Shown: piece by piece, positions 26,201 through 41,700 of the stretch
Numbering within the stretch: the first letter of the stretch is position 1
How the letters are laid out: the number at the start of each line of letters is the position of its first letter
Assembly: GCF_026210795.1 (NCBI RefSeq)
Contig: NC_089432.1
Coordinates: 2,914,001 to 2,978,000, forward strand
Direction of reading: 5' to 3'
DNA length: 64,000 nucleotides
From: Rhizophagus irregularis
Taxonomy: Eukaryota
Notes under the pieces: model-generated
Told to the model about the DNA's origin: nothing
Databases searched by the model: none
What the model saw: only the letters and a program-made list of their open reading frames with translations
Position numbers and translations under genes: made by a program

Positions 26201-28567
26201 AACCTTTGAATAAAATTATTATTACATATTGCGTTAGTCATTGATGCAATATTATACATATCGTTTATTGTTAATGTTCCGACGATAATTGATACTTCAA
26301 AAATTAAATAAAATAAAAGATATAAAAATTAAATTATTTCACATATCAAACATTCTTTTTTTACTTTCATTTCACTTTTTCGTGATCCATTTTCTTTAAC
26401 AACATTTTAAATATCAATCACTATTATTGTCTCTTTCTTGATTTTTTTTTAATCTTGTTGTTTCGGATTTTGCTAAAAATATTTAATAAATAATTTTTGA
26501 AAATTTTGAAAAATTTGAATTCTATAATTCTTTTTTTTTTTTTGTTACATCCTTTTCTACTTTTTCCATATTTCCAATTTCCCTTAAATTCCCTGGTCGA
26601 TCACTGCTTATGTTTTGTCTATCTTTTTCGTGAAACCAAAATTTTATTTCTTATTATTTAAGTGTTTTTCTAATAAAATGATGTTTCTAAAGATTTCATG
26701 TTTTTATATCATATTTTTTTTTAAAAAAAAAAGATTTGGTCAATTGATCATTTATGTAAAGAATTTTGAGTGAATTACAAAAAAATCTCATTTAACAAGC
26801 TTAAATATAAAAAGAATGCAAAGAATAGTCATTTATTTAATAATATCTGAACCAAATTTTTTTTTTCATTTTTATTTATTGTTAGTAATAAATAAAAAAA
26901 ACAATAATAGTAAAAATAATTTCAAAATAAGAAAAAAAATTCAACTTAAAAAAATTTAAAAAAAAAATATTTTGATTTAAAAAAAACCAAATTAAAATTA
27001 ATTTTATTTGGTTTGAAAAAAAAAGAAAAAATTTTTGATCTATAAGAACCAGAAGAAGAGAGGGATATTTTAAAAAAATAAATAAATTTCCAGTTTGTGA
27101 GAATCAAAAAAAAGGCACCTAATAAAATAAATTTCCCAGTTATAATAATCAAAAAAAGATACTTAATAAATTTCCGATTGAAAAAATAAAGTTCGTTATA
27201 TTATACGCCAAGTAAAATATGATTTGGGACGGATGTACGGATGGTCGGATGGTCGGATGTCCATCATCCGATGTTAAAGATTATCCATTTGAGCCATTAA
27301 ATCCTGAATTTGAACAAATAAAATATGATAATGAATTGAAAAAATTAATAAATAAACCAATAAAATTTAGTTATTATTTTAATGGTCAGTTTTATTATTG
27401 TGGAGCTGAATATGTTAAAGGAATGAAAATTTATTAGCTTATCTTCAAAGAATTTTTTTAATTTTATAATTTAACATTTAATTTTATAATTAGTAAGATA
27501 TTTTGTTGAAAACAATATTCGAAGTTGCACAAAAATACAAAAATGCAAAGTCGTACGATTGTACGAAAACTCAAATTAATACGAAAATTTTAAAACTTTC
27601 GTACGTACTAGTATTAAAAAATTGATTAGCTGTAACACACGTACGTACTAATTTGCGTTAGAACGTACACATGACCTCGGGCGCAGGCATGTCACGGGTT
27701 TCACATTACAGCACGGGTTTTCGTGTTTACACAATTCAAATTATTTATATGACTACTCAAAACGTCACACAAATTTTTTTTAACTATATATTTTACACCT
27801 ACCGATAGTAACAAGTTGGCCCATGATCAATTTGTCCATTGGAATTTTTTGTTCTTTGGATAGTTTTCTAAGAAAGTTTTTTGAGTCTTTCAACTTTCTT
27901 TTGGGTTTTAGCAACATTTTTTTTTTTGAGAAGGTGTCGTCGTGAAGATATTTTGATTGTTTAAAAAAATGATGCAACTAAGTAATTGGCAGACACTTGA
28001 TATTTTTAATTTCGCGGAAGTTCGCGCCGTAATTTCAACACTTATCGATTCAACATCTGTAGAAAAGTTGAGTGGTAGCAAAATTTTCTTTTGAAAAAAA
28101 TTTGAGAATTTTTTTTTTTTGGGATTTATTACAAAGCGCCAAGGTGAGATAGTAATAAAAATTGTATTGATAATTTAACTATTAACGCACATCCAAACAA
28201 ATTTGAAACCCTCATTGTAAACGCATAAACATTACCCTTTTTGATAGTAAACTTCTATGATATTGTCCTGTTGTCGTAACATGCTCGTATATTTCCTGTT
28301 ATGTCAAAAAAAACAAAAAATATATGGCGGAACACAGTTTTTTAGGAATTTTTATATTATAAATTTCTATACATATCAAATTTTTTTTTTTCGCGACTTA
28401 GCTAGATGATCACGTGATTTTAAGAAGAATTTCACTTTATTTTTTAAAAGAAAAAAAGTAATAATATAATTTTAAATAAAATAAATAAACAAACAAATAA
28501 AATAAATAAAAATAAAACGAGTATTAAAATATCCTATAAAAATTGGATATACAGTATAGTAAATTAA

Positions 28568-30788
28568 TTAAAATATACTACATGGATAATTTACTTTTTC
28601 ATTAAGCTTATCTAATTGATTTTGAGCGTCTCGATTTCCTTGTTTAGCCAAATTTCCATACAATTTAATTGCTTGATTTACATCCTTTTTTACCCCCTTT
28701 CCTCTTTCATACATAAAAGCAAGATTATATTTAGCTATATTATGACCTAATTTTTCTGAATCTTGGTACAAATTAAATGCCTTTTGTAAATTAGGTTCAG
28801 TTCCAATTCCATAATAATAACAATAACCTAACATTACAATACCATCCCGATGATTTCCTTCAGCTGATTTTTTAAATAATTCAAAAGCTTTTTTTAGATA
28901 ATCTTTATCGTCACTATATTTATTTAAATATAAAAGGCCAAGATTACACATGGCAATCTCACTTCCATTATTCACGGCGCGTTCATACCAGCAAATGTTT
29001 AATGTTAAACCTATTTTAATATCTATATCGTGATATTGACCAACTTTCAATTGTCCTGTTGAATAAGTTTTATTAATAAAATTTTCAAAGTATTGAAAAG
29101 CTAAGTCTTCATTTTTTGTAGTTCCAATACCAGATTCGTAACATTTTCCGACGTAATATTTCGCTAATAGATGATCCTTATTTGCCGCATTAATAAACAA
29201 ATTAAACGCTTTTTCATAATTTTTTTTTGTTTCAACTCCTAAATAATTGAAATATCCAAGTAAAAAAATGGAATTTGGATCATTTTGATTATTTGATAAT
29301 CGATCAAGAATAATTTTTGTATTGACATCATAATTACTAATATAATTATGAAAACAAAATAGTTGACAATTTTCTACATTTTTTTTTCCGGTTATTTCAT
29401 CAATTTTTATTACCATATCATTAATCATTATTTTAAATAAATCCCTTTCGGTAACAGAAGAAATTGTTGTTGCTGGTATATTATTAATTTGTAGAGATGA
29501 TTCCCCATGTAAAGATTTTTCAGCACAAATATTCAATTTCGATATTTGAAAAGGTAAATCATTTTCGCTTTGTTTATCGATGATCGTCTTTAATCTTTTA
29601 ACAACTTCGTGCATAGATGGTCGTTTGTCTGGATCCCCACTCCAACACTCTAAAAATTTAAGATTTTATTTATATTTATACGAACAAAATTTAAACGTAA
29701 TTATATTTTTTTTATATTTACCAATATAAAGGTGTACGTAATCAATCGAAGTATCGGGGTTGACTTTTTCTCTAAGACCTTGTAAAATATGAACGGCTAA
29801 GCTGTCGTCAGGTTCTTCAAAAGGTGGTTTACCGCTCGAGATCTCCCATAAAAGAATTCCAACGCTGTAGACATCACTTTCTTTATTTAAAGAGTATGAT
29901 TGAATACTGAATTTTTTTGGATCAATATAAGGGATAACACCATATAATTTTGTTGAAATTATTGATACTTCATGAATTCCTTTTGATAAGCCAAAATCAG
30001 CCAATTTGATAGATTTCTGATGAACTAATATATTATAAGAATTCTACAATACATATAATCAGTTAAAATTTTATTAATGAATCGAGTTAAATTTATTTTT
30101 ATTTTACATTTACCAAGTCACGATGCAAAATGTTTTCTTCATGTAAACACGATACAGCATGAGCAAGTTGATATGCCAAATTATATTTATCCTTCCAAGT
30201 AAGAATGTCGGAATTATTCATCAAATACTCTCGAAGAGTACCGCCATCAGCGTACTCCATTACTAACAAATAATTTCTTGATTGGTCAATTACATTTTCT
30301 AACGAAAAAAAAAAATGTGCATATTAACTTTTTTATACAAAAATCAAATAATTTAATTAATTTAATTTTCAATTGATATTATCTTACCAATATTATTTTT
30401 TGTAATTCCATAGAAGCGAATAATATTTTCATGAAAGTCCACTTCTCGATGATGTTCAATCTGAATTTACGAATATAAATTTAAAATTTCAGAGTAAGTA
30501 TAATAAATAAGAAATAAAATTATAGAATAAACATATTACTATAAAATATTTTACTTCGCGAATGACTCTATTTACGGTAGCATTGTTAAGATTAAAAAAA
30601 CATTTTAACGCGAAATATTGTTCCGACGTTTTCCTATTGGCACGGAATACTTTTCCAAATGCTCCAACTCCAATTTCTTTTATGTTACTAAAATCTTTAA
30701 AATCATAATACTTAATATTTGTACTAGAGATAGCATTTTCAATCCAATTAATCCATTCATTTGCACTTTGAAAATTGTTATCAGACAT
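28568..30788 (-). CDS. TKL-family protein kinase + SEL1 repeats (subfamily B, 5 exons)
   Basis: GVGAFGKV, ALKC, HRDL|NSYNIL, ADFGLSK, CWSGDPDKRP; ~6 SEL1 repeats, the third degenerate. Confidence 0.9.
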
Positions 30789-31669
30789 AATGAAATATGG
30801 TTAATTTGAAAAAAAAAATCAAAAATACGGTACGTGAGTACGTGAAATGAATTCCATGTTATAGAATTTCATGAAAAAGATTTTCATGAAAATGACTTCA
30901 GCACAAGGCTTTCTTGGTAATCTATGAAAACTATAAAAACTCAAATAGGCAATTAGATGAAAGTTCCACTTTGTGTAACATATATCAGAAGAATCAAAAA
31001 TTGTTCATTAACTGTTGATTGAATTTGAAAAAACCCGTTTTAAGTACTATGGCGTATATGATAAAGAAATTCATTATACAAAGACTCTAAAATCATATCT
31101 TTTTATGTGAATTTTGTGAGTTATTAAATTTCTAAAAAAAAATTTAGAATATGTAGAATTTGGAAAATTAATACAATTTGTTTAAACTTGATTTGACAAA
31201 TTTTAACTTAATTAATTTTTTTTTTTTCCTTTAACCCGGATCGACAGCCGTTTTGAAAATTAACGTTTGAAATCACTTTTTTTTTTTAAAAAAAAGGAGA
31301 GTATTATATAATCGGATTAGTATGTTTTTATGTCATCATCGTTTTTGAATTTATAGTGTGATTAAGTAATTGATTACAAATCATTTTTAAGGGATCGGGC
31401 AATTGTATTGTATGAATAATAAGATGGAAATATTAACATTTAAATAACAAATTATTTCATGATCTAAATCTTCTTTTCTAAATAAATCATAAATTCTCTT
31501 TTTAGATTTTTCTTTATTTTTTTTTCTTTGTAAATAAGTTTTTTACCTACCTATTAATGTATTAGGATAGGTAACTCAAACTTATGCTTGAATTAAACGG
31601 TATAGTAAGTTATACATGCTACGGTTAACAACCCTTTTAAAGTTAATAAAAGCGTTCGAATGCGATCGA

Positions 31670-32752
31670 TATCTCGACAATCATTTTCTTGTCACATCCT
31701 TTGCCCGACAAATATTCTCGGTAATAACATATTTCCGAATAGACTTTTTATCGGCATGTCATTTTTCCTGATATATTATCTCCAGTATATTTGCCCGAAA
31801 ATGATTTACCAGTGATTTACAAAACCGCAACTTATATAAGGAATATTGATGCACTATAAATGATACAGCCAAATAGGGATAGGATCATGCAATTTTAGGC
31901 ATCATGATATTTTTAGACTAAGGTACAAATAAATTACTAATTACTATTGCAAAAATATCTCTGATGAATTACGTCATTTAGATTCAATATCTAAATTTTA
32001 TAGGAGTTGATAGCTTATTTAGTTTCTTTATATGAAGTAATTTAAGCATAATTTTGGATGCCTGCATATTAACTATTATATAAATCTTCCATGTACATTT
32101 ATAGCAATAATTTTCAAAAAAAAAAAGATAATCAAATTCGTAAACAAAAAAGAAATTTTAAAAAAAACACAAAACTAATAAGAGATCTCAACTATTTTAT
32201 TGAAGAATCTCTGAAATATTTAAATAAGAAAAAGAAATCATCACTATTATACAGATTTATCAGATGAAATAAGAGATAATCTCAATCTACCCATGAATTA
32301 TAAGAACCTTTCTTCATTTAATCATATTGAATATTATAAACATTTGCAATTATGCAATTTAGAAAATATTTGAGAATAAAAAAACAAACCATTTATAAAT
32401 AAAATATGTAATTTTTTTTTATTAATAAAATACAAGAATTGCGCATCTTTATATACTCACTGTTGCTGATTTAATTATTAGATGCATACATCTTCTTGTC
32501 CTTGGAGATAAAGTTCGTCTTTCGGTACTTTAACAACAGATAATGTTTAAATATAGTTAATAATTAAAAAAAAATTTTTTCATTAATTTTATTATTTTTT
32601 TTTGGTAAATCACTTTTTAAATCATTTTTGACAAATGTTGCCAAGAAAATGTCTGTCAGGATATATATATCATGTGGGTAAAAAGACCATTTAGAAACGT
32701 GACATGACATTTATGTCAGGCAATAGTTATCGGACAAAGAAAAGCGGTTGCC
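31670..32752. mobile_element. Old TIR element remnant (MULE-like long degenerate TIRs)
   Basis: CTTTGCCCGACAA..GACTTTTTA near the left end is mirrored by TAAAAAGAC..TTATCGGACAAAG near the right end. Confidence 0.4.
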
Positions 32753-33189
32753 TGGTATAACCTCAAATGTGGAAATTAGATCAGCGTGGTAAATTTTATC
32801 ATACTCCTACATTTTTATAAGAACTCTCCTGAAACAATTTTCTCAAAATTTTTCAATCTGAAATATTTAAATTAATTCTTCAAGTGATTCCAAATGTTTT
32901 TCCATACTTATTATAAATGAATAATTATGTATAATGTAATATTTTGTCTTAATATATACACTACCCTACAAAAAGTATTCGGATTTTATAAATTTTACAT
33001 GGTACATAAAATTGTTGATTTTCAAGTTGCATGAAAATCTGCGAATTTTCAGCGATATAATCAGAAATATTTTATCTTTAAAATGCAAAAAAAATGTTAA
33101 TCTATAAAGTGATAGACAGAATAATTTTATATGTAAAAACGCAAAAAACATATAGAAAAATTGTTACCTATATTTTACAATGAGAATAT

Positions 33190-34720
33190 TTTTTTATGCT
33201 AAAAAAAAAAACTTCTTTTACTTTAAAACGACAATTGTAGTAACAGAGGATATAAAAGTACATATCCAAAATCCAAAATGGAAAAGGAAAGATCTAAACT
33301 ATGGATATAAAAAATTATTTTTTTATACTATCATCCACCCTAAGGTTGACTCATCCTTCGTAGATAGAAAAGCGGGGCTATGACGTTGTTATAAATCTAT
33401 TTACAAATGATAAACAAGGAATTATGAAGAAAGAAAATTAACAGATAAGAAATGGAATCACGGACCACTGTGAAGAAAGCTATTTGATGTCCACCGGATC
33501 CAAAACTGATGCGCAAGAGGATTTGGTGGGTGATTCCGGAGAATAATCAATAAAATTTGTTGCGTTGTGATTCACGTGATTGATGCGAATGTCTAGTATT
33601 TGTAAAGTTTAGAATAATTTATGAAATCCGTTTTGAAAGGTGATGTTCAACTCCATTGACAGTAAAGTTTCCAACTTTCTTGAATAAAAAGGGCAATATA
33701 AAAATCCTAACGAGGTTCCGGGATGAGGTTGTGACACAATAAATAGAGGTGACATTCATTGATTGGAAGATATTAGTACGCAACCAACTGAAGACGGGAT
33801 TACGTATAGCGGAATGTTTAATCAGAAGTATTAATTTGTCAGGTAGAATAGAAATCAAAAAATGTTTATGTGATTGTCACTAATGTGACGTAGTAAGAGA
33901 TCATTAATGACCATATTTAGATTTGACAATGCGGGTTATAAATATGTTCTGTGATGAGAGCTGGATAATTTTTTCGTAAAATTGTCATCCGTAGGCAGAG
34001 TTTCGATAAGTGATTTGGTTTGGTAACTGATTAATTTGGATAATTTTTGAAAGGTAGGACGCGAGACGGGATTATAATTTATCCACTCCTTGGTCTTAGT
34101 TGATGTCATCTTTTTCATGAGCATGCTTAATAAATCAAGGTTTGAGTGTTGTATGAATTTATTGAGTTTTGCGTATATCGCGATCGAAAGAAATTGAATT
34201 GTTCCAAATGATATTGGTAGTAATAATCGAGGTGTTCCTTGCATTAATAATTAGAGCGTCTCAAGATATATAATAGGCCCAATTTGGCTTGCTCATCGAC
34301 CGCTTCATTTAGACGGATTCTGGAGTGTGCTTTGACTTGTGTAAGGTAACTGTAGAGATTTAACAATATAAAAATAATCTTTTAAACAATAATTTTTAAA
34401 TATCGTCTTGGAGACATTTGTGGGGAGCTGAAGGAATTAAACTGACTAATACAGCATTGTGAAATGGTGAAATTTCGATCGTACTGTGTTTTGGACAATT
34501 TGCTAGCGCAGTGCATATCGCTAAAGTCTCTGCTTTAGTAGATAAGGGGAAATATCTGGAGGAAGCGTTAAAGGTGAGAGTTGGGATCGACGAATGTTCA
34601 ATAATCCAGTCAAAACCCATGAGAGTTGACCGAGATTCATTATTGTTGGCCATTGACCCGCTGTGAAAATTTAAATTTTGGTAAGTTGAGAAAGTGACAA
34701 GGAGATGTTCGTCATTATCC
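33190..34720 (-). mobile_element. Degenerate non-LTR retrotransposon 3' part (RNase H region)
   Basis: STKAETLAICTALANCP and VKAHSRIRLNEAVDEQAK RNase H motifs in broken frames; higher GC than flanks. Confidence 0.75.
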
Positions 34721-35766
34721 TGATGTTTTTTTTTTTATTAAAAATATTTCTAAAAAAATCTATTTAGGGAAAGACATGATACTATGGGAGGCCATTCCGG
34801 AGAGGGATTTGTAAGTTTGTTATTGCGGATTAAATAATCATTGCATGCTGTATGTACATCTTGCAAAAATTTGGTAATGAGTCAAATCCATTTTTTGCTT
34901 AATATTTTAATTCTGTTGCTTTTTTCTAGTGATTACATGTTTGATGGCAGAATTAACAAAAACTAAAAAAATGATAATTTATTGCATTAATTGGATTTTT
35001 TCTTCCTGAAATTTTTGTCTGAAGCGTAGCGTAGGACCATTTACTTACAAGCATTTCAGATGCAATGTCGTTCTGTCCCGAATGCTTATCGACAAATTAG
35101 ATTTTGTATTTAGTTTACGTTTTTATGTACATGTTACGTGATGTAAATAAATTGATTATGCTTCGGACCTGAACGGTTTGCGCTCCCTAGTTTCATAAGG
35201 AATATATCTTTATTATAATGAACTTTTTATCTTCATTTTCATCTCGCTCAATAAATAAAAAAATCATTAAAACATAATTATGCGACTATTTTATTTAAAA
35301 AAATATTTAATGATGAGAAATTTAATGGTGCAGTAAATTTTTCTTTAAACACTTACACAATATATTAATATTACGCAATATTTATTTTCGAAAAGATATT
35401 TATACTAAAGAATTTTAGTAGGTACACGTGATCTCTGCATGATGCAATATGACAGTGCACGACTGCACGTACTGATCGTACTGTCATGGGCAGATCACAC
35501 AAAATTTTTTGTTTGTCCATGGTAGTACAGTCAGGTAGGTGATTGACTGTTGCGCCACATTATTGGCGTAACCTGTCACACATTTCACACATTTCGGCGT
35601 GCTAACTGCTAACACACATTCTGCACTACGTTACGTCGTTACTATGAACTTAAAATCATATTAAATTTTAAGTTCATAACTTTTTACCTTAAAAATTCAT
35701 TTTTTTATAATTTTCTTTTTATTATTAAACTTTAAGTACAAACTGAATCAACGTTTTGTATCAATC

Positions 35767-38700
35767 ATGTCTAATAGTACTGAATTTAATTCAAATGAGT
35801 GGATTGATTGGATTGAAGAAGCTATTGCAAAAAAGCACATTAAATATTACGATTACAAACATTTTAATAATATTCAAAGAAATTGGTTCTGGAGGTTTTG
35901 GAAAAGTATATCGTGCTAACTGGAAAAGTTTGCGTAATCATTTAGCATTAAAATCTTTCTTTAATTTCAATAACATTACAGTTAAAGAAATCGTTAATGA
36001 AGTAATTATAATAATTATATGTTAAAATTTTATCTTTTTTTTTTGTATTTCTATCTTTAATTATATATTACGTTCTTAACTTAAAATTTTATTTTCAATA
36101 TTAAGCTTAATCTTCAGCGCGAAGTAGATTTTCATGAAAACATTATTCGTTTTTGTGGTATTACAACAGGTATGATATATAATTTGAATCGTTATTATCT
36201 TTTTTTTTTGGAAAAAATAATCTAAATAATTTTTCTTTTTTTCTCAAAGCAAACCAAGATGATAATTCAAAAAAATATTTACTGGTTATGGAATATGCCG
36301 ATAGTGGTACTCTCCGAAATTATTTAAGTGAACATTTTGATAGTCTCACTTGGAAAAATAAATTGGATCTAGCATTTCAATTAGCTAATGCCATATCATG
36401 CTTATATGATGAAGGTATTGTTCATCGTGATTTGGTAGGTTATTTACTTCAGTTATTTACATGTTAATAAATTATACTGTATAATTTTATACTAATTTAG
36501 TCATTGCATTTAATAATAGCACTCAAATAATATATTAGTTCATAAGAATACCATTAAATTAGCAGATTTTGGTTTGTCAAAAAGGATTGAAGAATCATCC
36601 AATATTCAACAAAATTTATTTGGAAGGATTGCTTATATTGATCCACAAGCATTTAATAGAAAAAGGGATAGTAATAATAAAATACAAGTATATTCATTAA
36701 ATAAAAAGAGTGACATCTACAGTATCGGCATACTCTTGTGGGAAATTTCTAGTGGTCGGCCACCTTTTCATAATGACCCACATGATGTTGGTTTGGCTAT
36801 GGAAATTGTACGAGGTCTTAGAGAAAATCCTATACCTAATACACCTGCAGATTACATAAAAATATATACTGGTAAGTACAATTAAACTAATTAGATTAAT
36901 AATGACAATATTCTTTGCTAACAACCTAAAATTTTTTAAATGTATTGTAAAATTATTGTCACAATACATCATGTACTAACCATGATAAGATACTTGTTAT
37001 TGGGTTTGTAGGGACATCGTACAATATGCTTCTATTACAAATTTTGATATTAATTTATAGATATGTAGTAAGATTGATTACAAAAATATATAGTGGCAAA
37101 CCATTGTAAAATTAATTATAAATTGGAAATTGTAAATAGATCGTTGAAAATTTATTATAAAACGATTTGTTATACATGTATTGTAAATTTAAATAATAAA
37201 AATAAATTGTGTAATTAATTATAAGATATATATGTATGTAATGAATAGGCATAAGGCAATTTAAGAATCATAAACTCTCGTAGCCACGCTCAATTAAGGC
37301 AATGTATTACTAGACCTACGCTAAAGATGACTTTAGCAAGGCTTTCTTTGTGAATTAAAGAAATTTCATACACCTTGCCAGCTGGTGGGAAAGCCTATGA
37401 TTTTAACCCCAAATCCCAAATCCCAAATCCCCAAACATCTAGAGACCTGGATTATCTAAAAAAAAAAGGAAATTGGAATGTTGTAAAATATTTCATTGAA
37501 ATGCATAATTAGAACAGAGTTTCACCAAATTTTTCATGTGTTCAAACCAACCAACTGAAAAGGAAAGATGATGAATGTTAGTGACTATTCGCTAAAAAAA
37601 AAAATTTGAAGAAAAAAGTTAAATAACTTACAAAGTTCGCATCTAAAGGAGCCAATTCTAAAAAAAGAAAAAAGAAAGTTAGTATTTGTTTGTTAAAGTA
37701 AATAACTTAGTAAAAAAAAATATCTTACCAAAATTCTGCATCTAAACATTCAAAAAACCAAAGATCTATCTCATTAATAGGTTAGCATTTCATTAAAATT
37801 AAATACACCGTAATTTGCATCTCCAAAGATACCCAAAGAAAAAGCCATCTAAAAAAGAGAAAAAACAAAATGTTAGCAATCGTTTTATTAAAAAAATAAT
37901 TAAAAAATAACCATTTTCTACCAAATTTCCACATGTCCAAGAATTAAGCCATCTAAAAAAAGGAAATCGAAATGTCAGTATTATGTTTCAATAAGAATAA
38001 TTCAGTACTAAAAAAAAAATGGAATATTATTTTTTTCTTATAATTTCAATAAAAATACATACAAAACCGCAAAATAATATCTTGTTATCAATATTTTTAA
38101 CATACTCTAAATTTTTAAACACATGTTTAATTGCTAAACCTTTGTTAAGAAAGAAAAAGCTTGTAGGGAAAATATCAAGTCCTAAAGAAATCTACCTAAA
38201 AAAAGTAAAAATCGAAATGTTAGTAAATGTTTCGTTAAAAGAATAATTTAAAAGAAAAATAAAATTCCTACCGAAATCCTATGAACTAGCCCAAAGACCA
38301 AAGACTGCATACCTAGTTGTCTAAAAAAAAAGAAAAAAAGAACTAAGAAACTATTCAATAAAAACAATTGAAGAAAAAAAAAATATGAACTTACTGAAAT
38401 GTAGCATCAGGAAGATTGAGAGAACCACTTAAATATAAAGAATATTTAAATGGAAAGTACAGGAAAAAAGGACAGGAAGAGGGAAAGAAAGGACAAAGGA
38501 AAGGATAAGAGAAAAGAAAATGAAATAGGATAAAATGATAAAGGATTTGAAATTAAAGGTACAGTGGTAAAAGTTAAAAAAAAGTTGATCATCATATTTA
38601 TTAATTTTTAATCACATGAAACATGTGAAATATGGCCAATATTAACTTTTTTTATTTTTAAGCTGAAGCCGAAGTTCTTACAAGTTACTACAAAACAAAC

Positions 38701-41700
38701 CTAAAAAAAAGCAACCCATTAGTAAACATTTCATTATTTGATTTAAAGTAAGAAAAAAAATCCCCTCAGTTCTCCTTACTGAATTCTTACGCGTTCAGAT
38801 ACCAGAAGACTGGTCATCTACAAAAAGAAGGAAAAAGTAAAACGTTAGAATTATTTCGTTTGAAAGAGTTATTTATAACAATTCCCTCACTGACTTTTCC
38901 ATATATCCAAGTATTCCAAGGAACTGATCATCTACAAAATAAAATAAATGAAATATTATTGATCGTTTGTTAAAAAAATAAAAATAAAAATCTCCTCGCA
39001 GAATTTTTCATGCATCCAAGTACCTTAAAGAATTGATCATTTACAAAAATGAAAAAATGAAATGTTAGAAAAATTTCGTTAAAAGAATTATTTATTTAAA
39101 GAATAGAACTCTTCATATCAAATTTTCCACACGTTCAAATAACTTAAGAACCAGCTTCTACAAAATGAAAAAATTGAAATGTTAGAAATGTCTCATTTAA
39201 AGAAATAAATTTAAAATAAATAATTCTTGTAATCTCCTACCAAATGCTACGTGTCTAAAAAAAGAGTAAAATCAAAATGTTAAAAAAGAATATTTTCAGA
39301 TTTTACTACTATGCGTCCTGAAGATCTTGACTAAAAAAAAATTTGGAGTCCTCCTACTAAAATTTCACATGTCCAAAGGCCTGGCCGTCTAGAAAAAAAT
39401 AAAAATAGATGGAAGCATTTTGTATTGTAAAATAAATAATTATGAAAAAATCTTCCCACCATATTCCTATATGTTTAAGTATCTATAGAACCAAACCATC
39501 TAAAAAAATTAAGAAACAAGCCATTAAAAATCGTTCATTAAAATAAAACAAAGAAATAAATCTTGACAAACTTACCAAAATGTCGCATCAGGGACTGTAA
39601 AAAAAAATTGAAACATAGAAACATTTCATTATCTTGCATGATGTGCTTTCAACCTTTTTTTAAATCAAGTACAAGTGGGAGAAAAATAGGAAGTAATAAG
39701 GAAAATAGGAAATAATAAGGAAATAGAGAAATGGAAATAGGAGAAATGGAAAAAAAGAAAAGGAAAAATTTTTGCTGAAAAAATAAAATATAACCAATTA
39801 ACAGATAAGCTTCGTTAAAATAATAAAAAGAAGTTAAAAAAGCTTAAAAAAAAGATCCGCAAACTGAAAAAAATAGAAAATAATGTAGAAATAATAATTT
39901 ATTTTTTTTTTTACGAAATAAATAAATACAAATTAAAGTAACTAGTATTAGTTAGCATCATCTTACATAAATATATCATGTCACACAGATCTTTGCTAAA
40001 TTGACTGCGGTATAAAAATAGTCTAAATTAGTTTAATAATTTATTTATAAAGTCTATTAAAATTCATCTTGTTAAAAAATTATTTTATTTTTTTATTTTT
40101 TACTCCCTACTTTTACAACTTTGCAGTTGTTTTTCTAACAATGGTAAAAATAACTCATTCAAAATCATACAACATTAACAAAACAAACAATACTACAAGC
40201 AAAAATAAAACTATGTATAAACGTCAAAGAACATCAAACAGTACTATTAAGGAATCCAGTAAGATATTAATTTGTTAATTTTTTTCCATGATTTTATATG
40301 ATGATCTAACTTTAATAACCTGAGTAGGAAAAAAAAGGAAATTCATCCAACCCATCTGGTGAAAGTTTTGATGATGCACGCAATGATCTACTTGATGATC
40401 CAACTCTCGATGAATTTATTATGGATATTAATACTCCTCATAACAGTACCTCTTTTAATAATGAATCTCTTGAGGAATCGGATAAATCACCTATCAAAAA
40501 GTCAAATTCAAATGTAACTAAACGCCTTTTGCATTACAAACCTAATATTAACTTAAGAGATGGATTACTTCATTTACTGCATGTTGTGCATAAAAATTTG
40601 TATTTAATTATGAATCAAATTTGTATTAATAAATTTTATACTATTGGTGTGAAAAGTAAGAAAGAGTGCGTGAAAAGTTATTAGTAAAGAATATTTTAGT
40701 CTGACCGCCAGCGGATAAGTGAATGAAACACTAACATTATGTTAGGAACCTCCTTAACGAGCCAAATTAAGGAGAAGTAATTCATCGTCTTAAAGTGCGT
40801 GGTTAATCAGGTTAAAATACTTACTATTAGCTGTCAATGAAAAATAACAACGTAGTAGTTATATGGTTCGTTATATGTATGACAAACCATGTGTAATGTA
40901 TAAGTAAAAAAAATTGTTTAAAATCGTAAGATGACTTATTAAAATATAATTGTGGCTAAATAAATTACAAGTGCTTGTGTATTAATATATACTTGACAAT
41001 TTATAATCCAAAACTATTGTACAATTCATTATAGAATTTAAATATATTGTACAATACTTGTACAAGTATCGTACAATACATTACGTAAAATTTTAGTTGT
41101 TAGCAAAGTTGATTAATTATAAGCTTATGTATATCAGATTGCTGGAATTATGAACCAGATAATCGTCCAACTGTCAACCAGGTTATTGCAAAATTAGATG
41201 AAATTATTCAAAAAGAAAATGTTCAATTATCAAGTGAACAGAAGAATAATATTGAAGTTCCCAAAAATATTATTGATAATTCATTACATGGAGAAATGTC
41301 CCAATTTATTGAAAATTTTAATAATATGAGTACAGTCGAAATAGAACCTTTAATCTCATCAAATAATAAATTTAACATAATGGTTAATGAAATAATACTT
41401 CATCTTGAAAATACAGAAATGATAAGAAAAAAACATAAAGTCATTAATTATCTTAATAATCATAATAAAACTCCACAAGAATTTTATGCTTGGTTATTAA
41501 ATAATCAAAATGATTCAAATTCTACCTTTTTACTTGGAGTATTTAATCATTTTGGAATTGAAGTCAATGTTGACGAACAAAAAGCATTTGAGTTATATCA
41601 AAATGTGGCAAACTCTGGAAATGTATTTGGAATAACTAGTTTAGGATATTGTTATGTTGTAGGAATTGGAATCAGTGTTGACCAGCAAAAGGCATTTGAA

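Noticed and set aside
27219..27437. 72-aa ORF
   Set aside because: Starts in a GGAT repeat; no recognisable family; probably a fragment.
35160..35191. Possible Helitron 3' end (..GCGCTCCCTAGT)
   Set aside because: The hairpin is poor and no 5' end or Rep/helicase is visible.
40141..40700. Spliced ORF remnant inside the 4.2-kb element
   Set aside because: Low complexity and no transposase motif; product cannot be supported.
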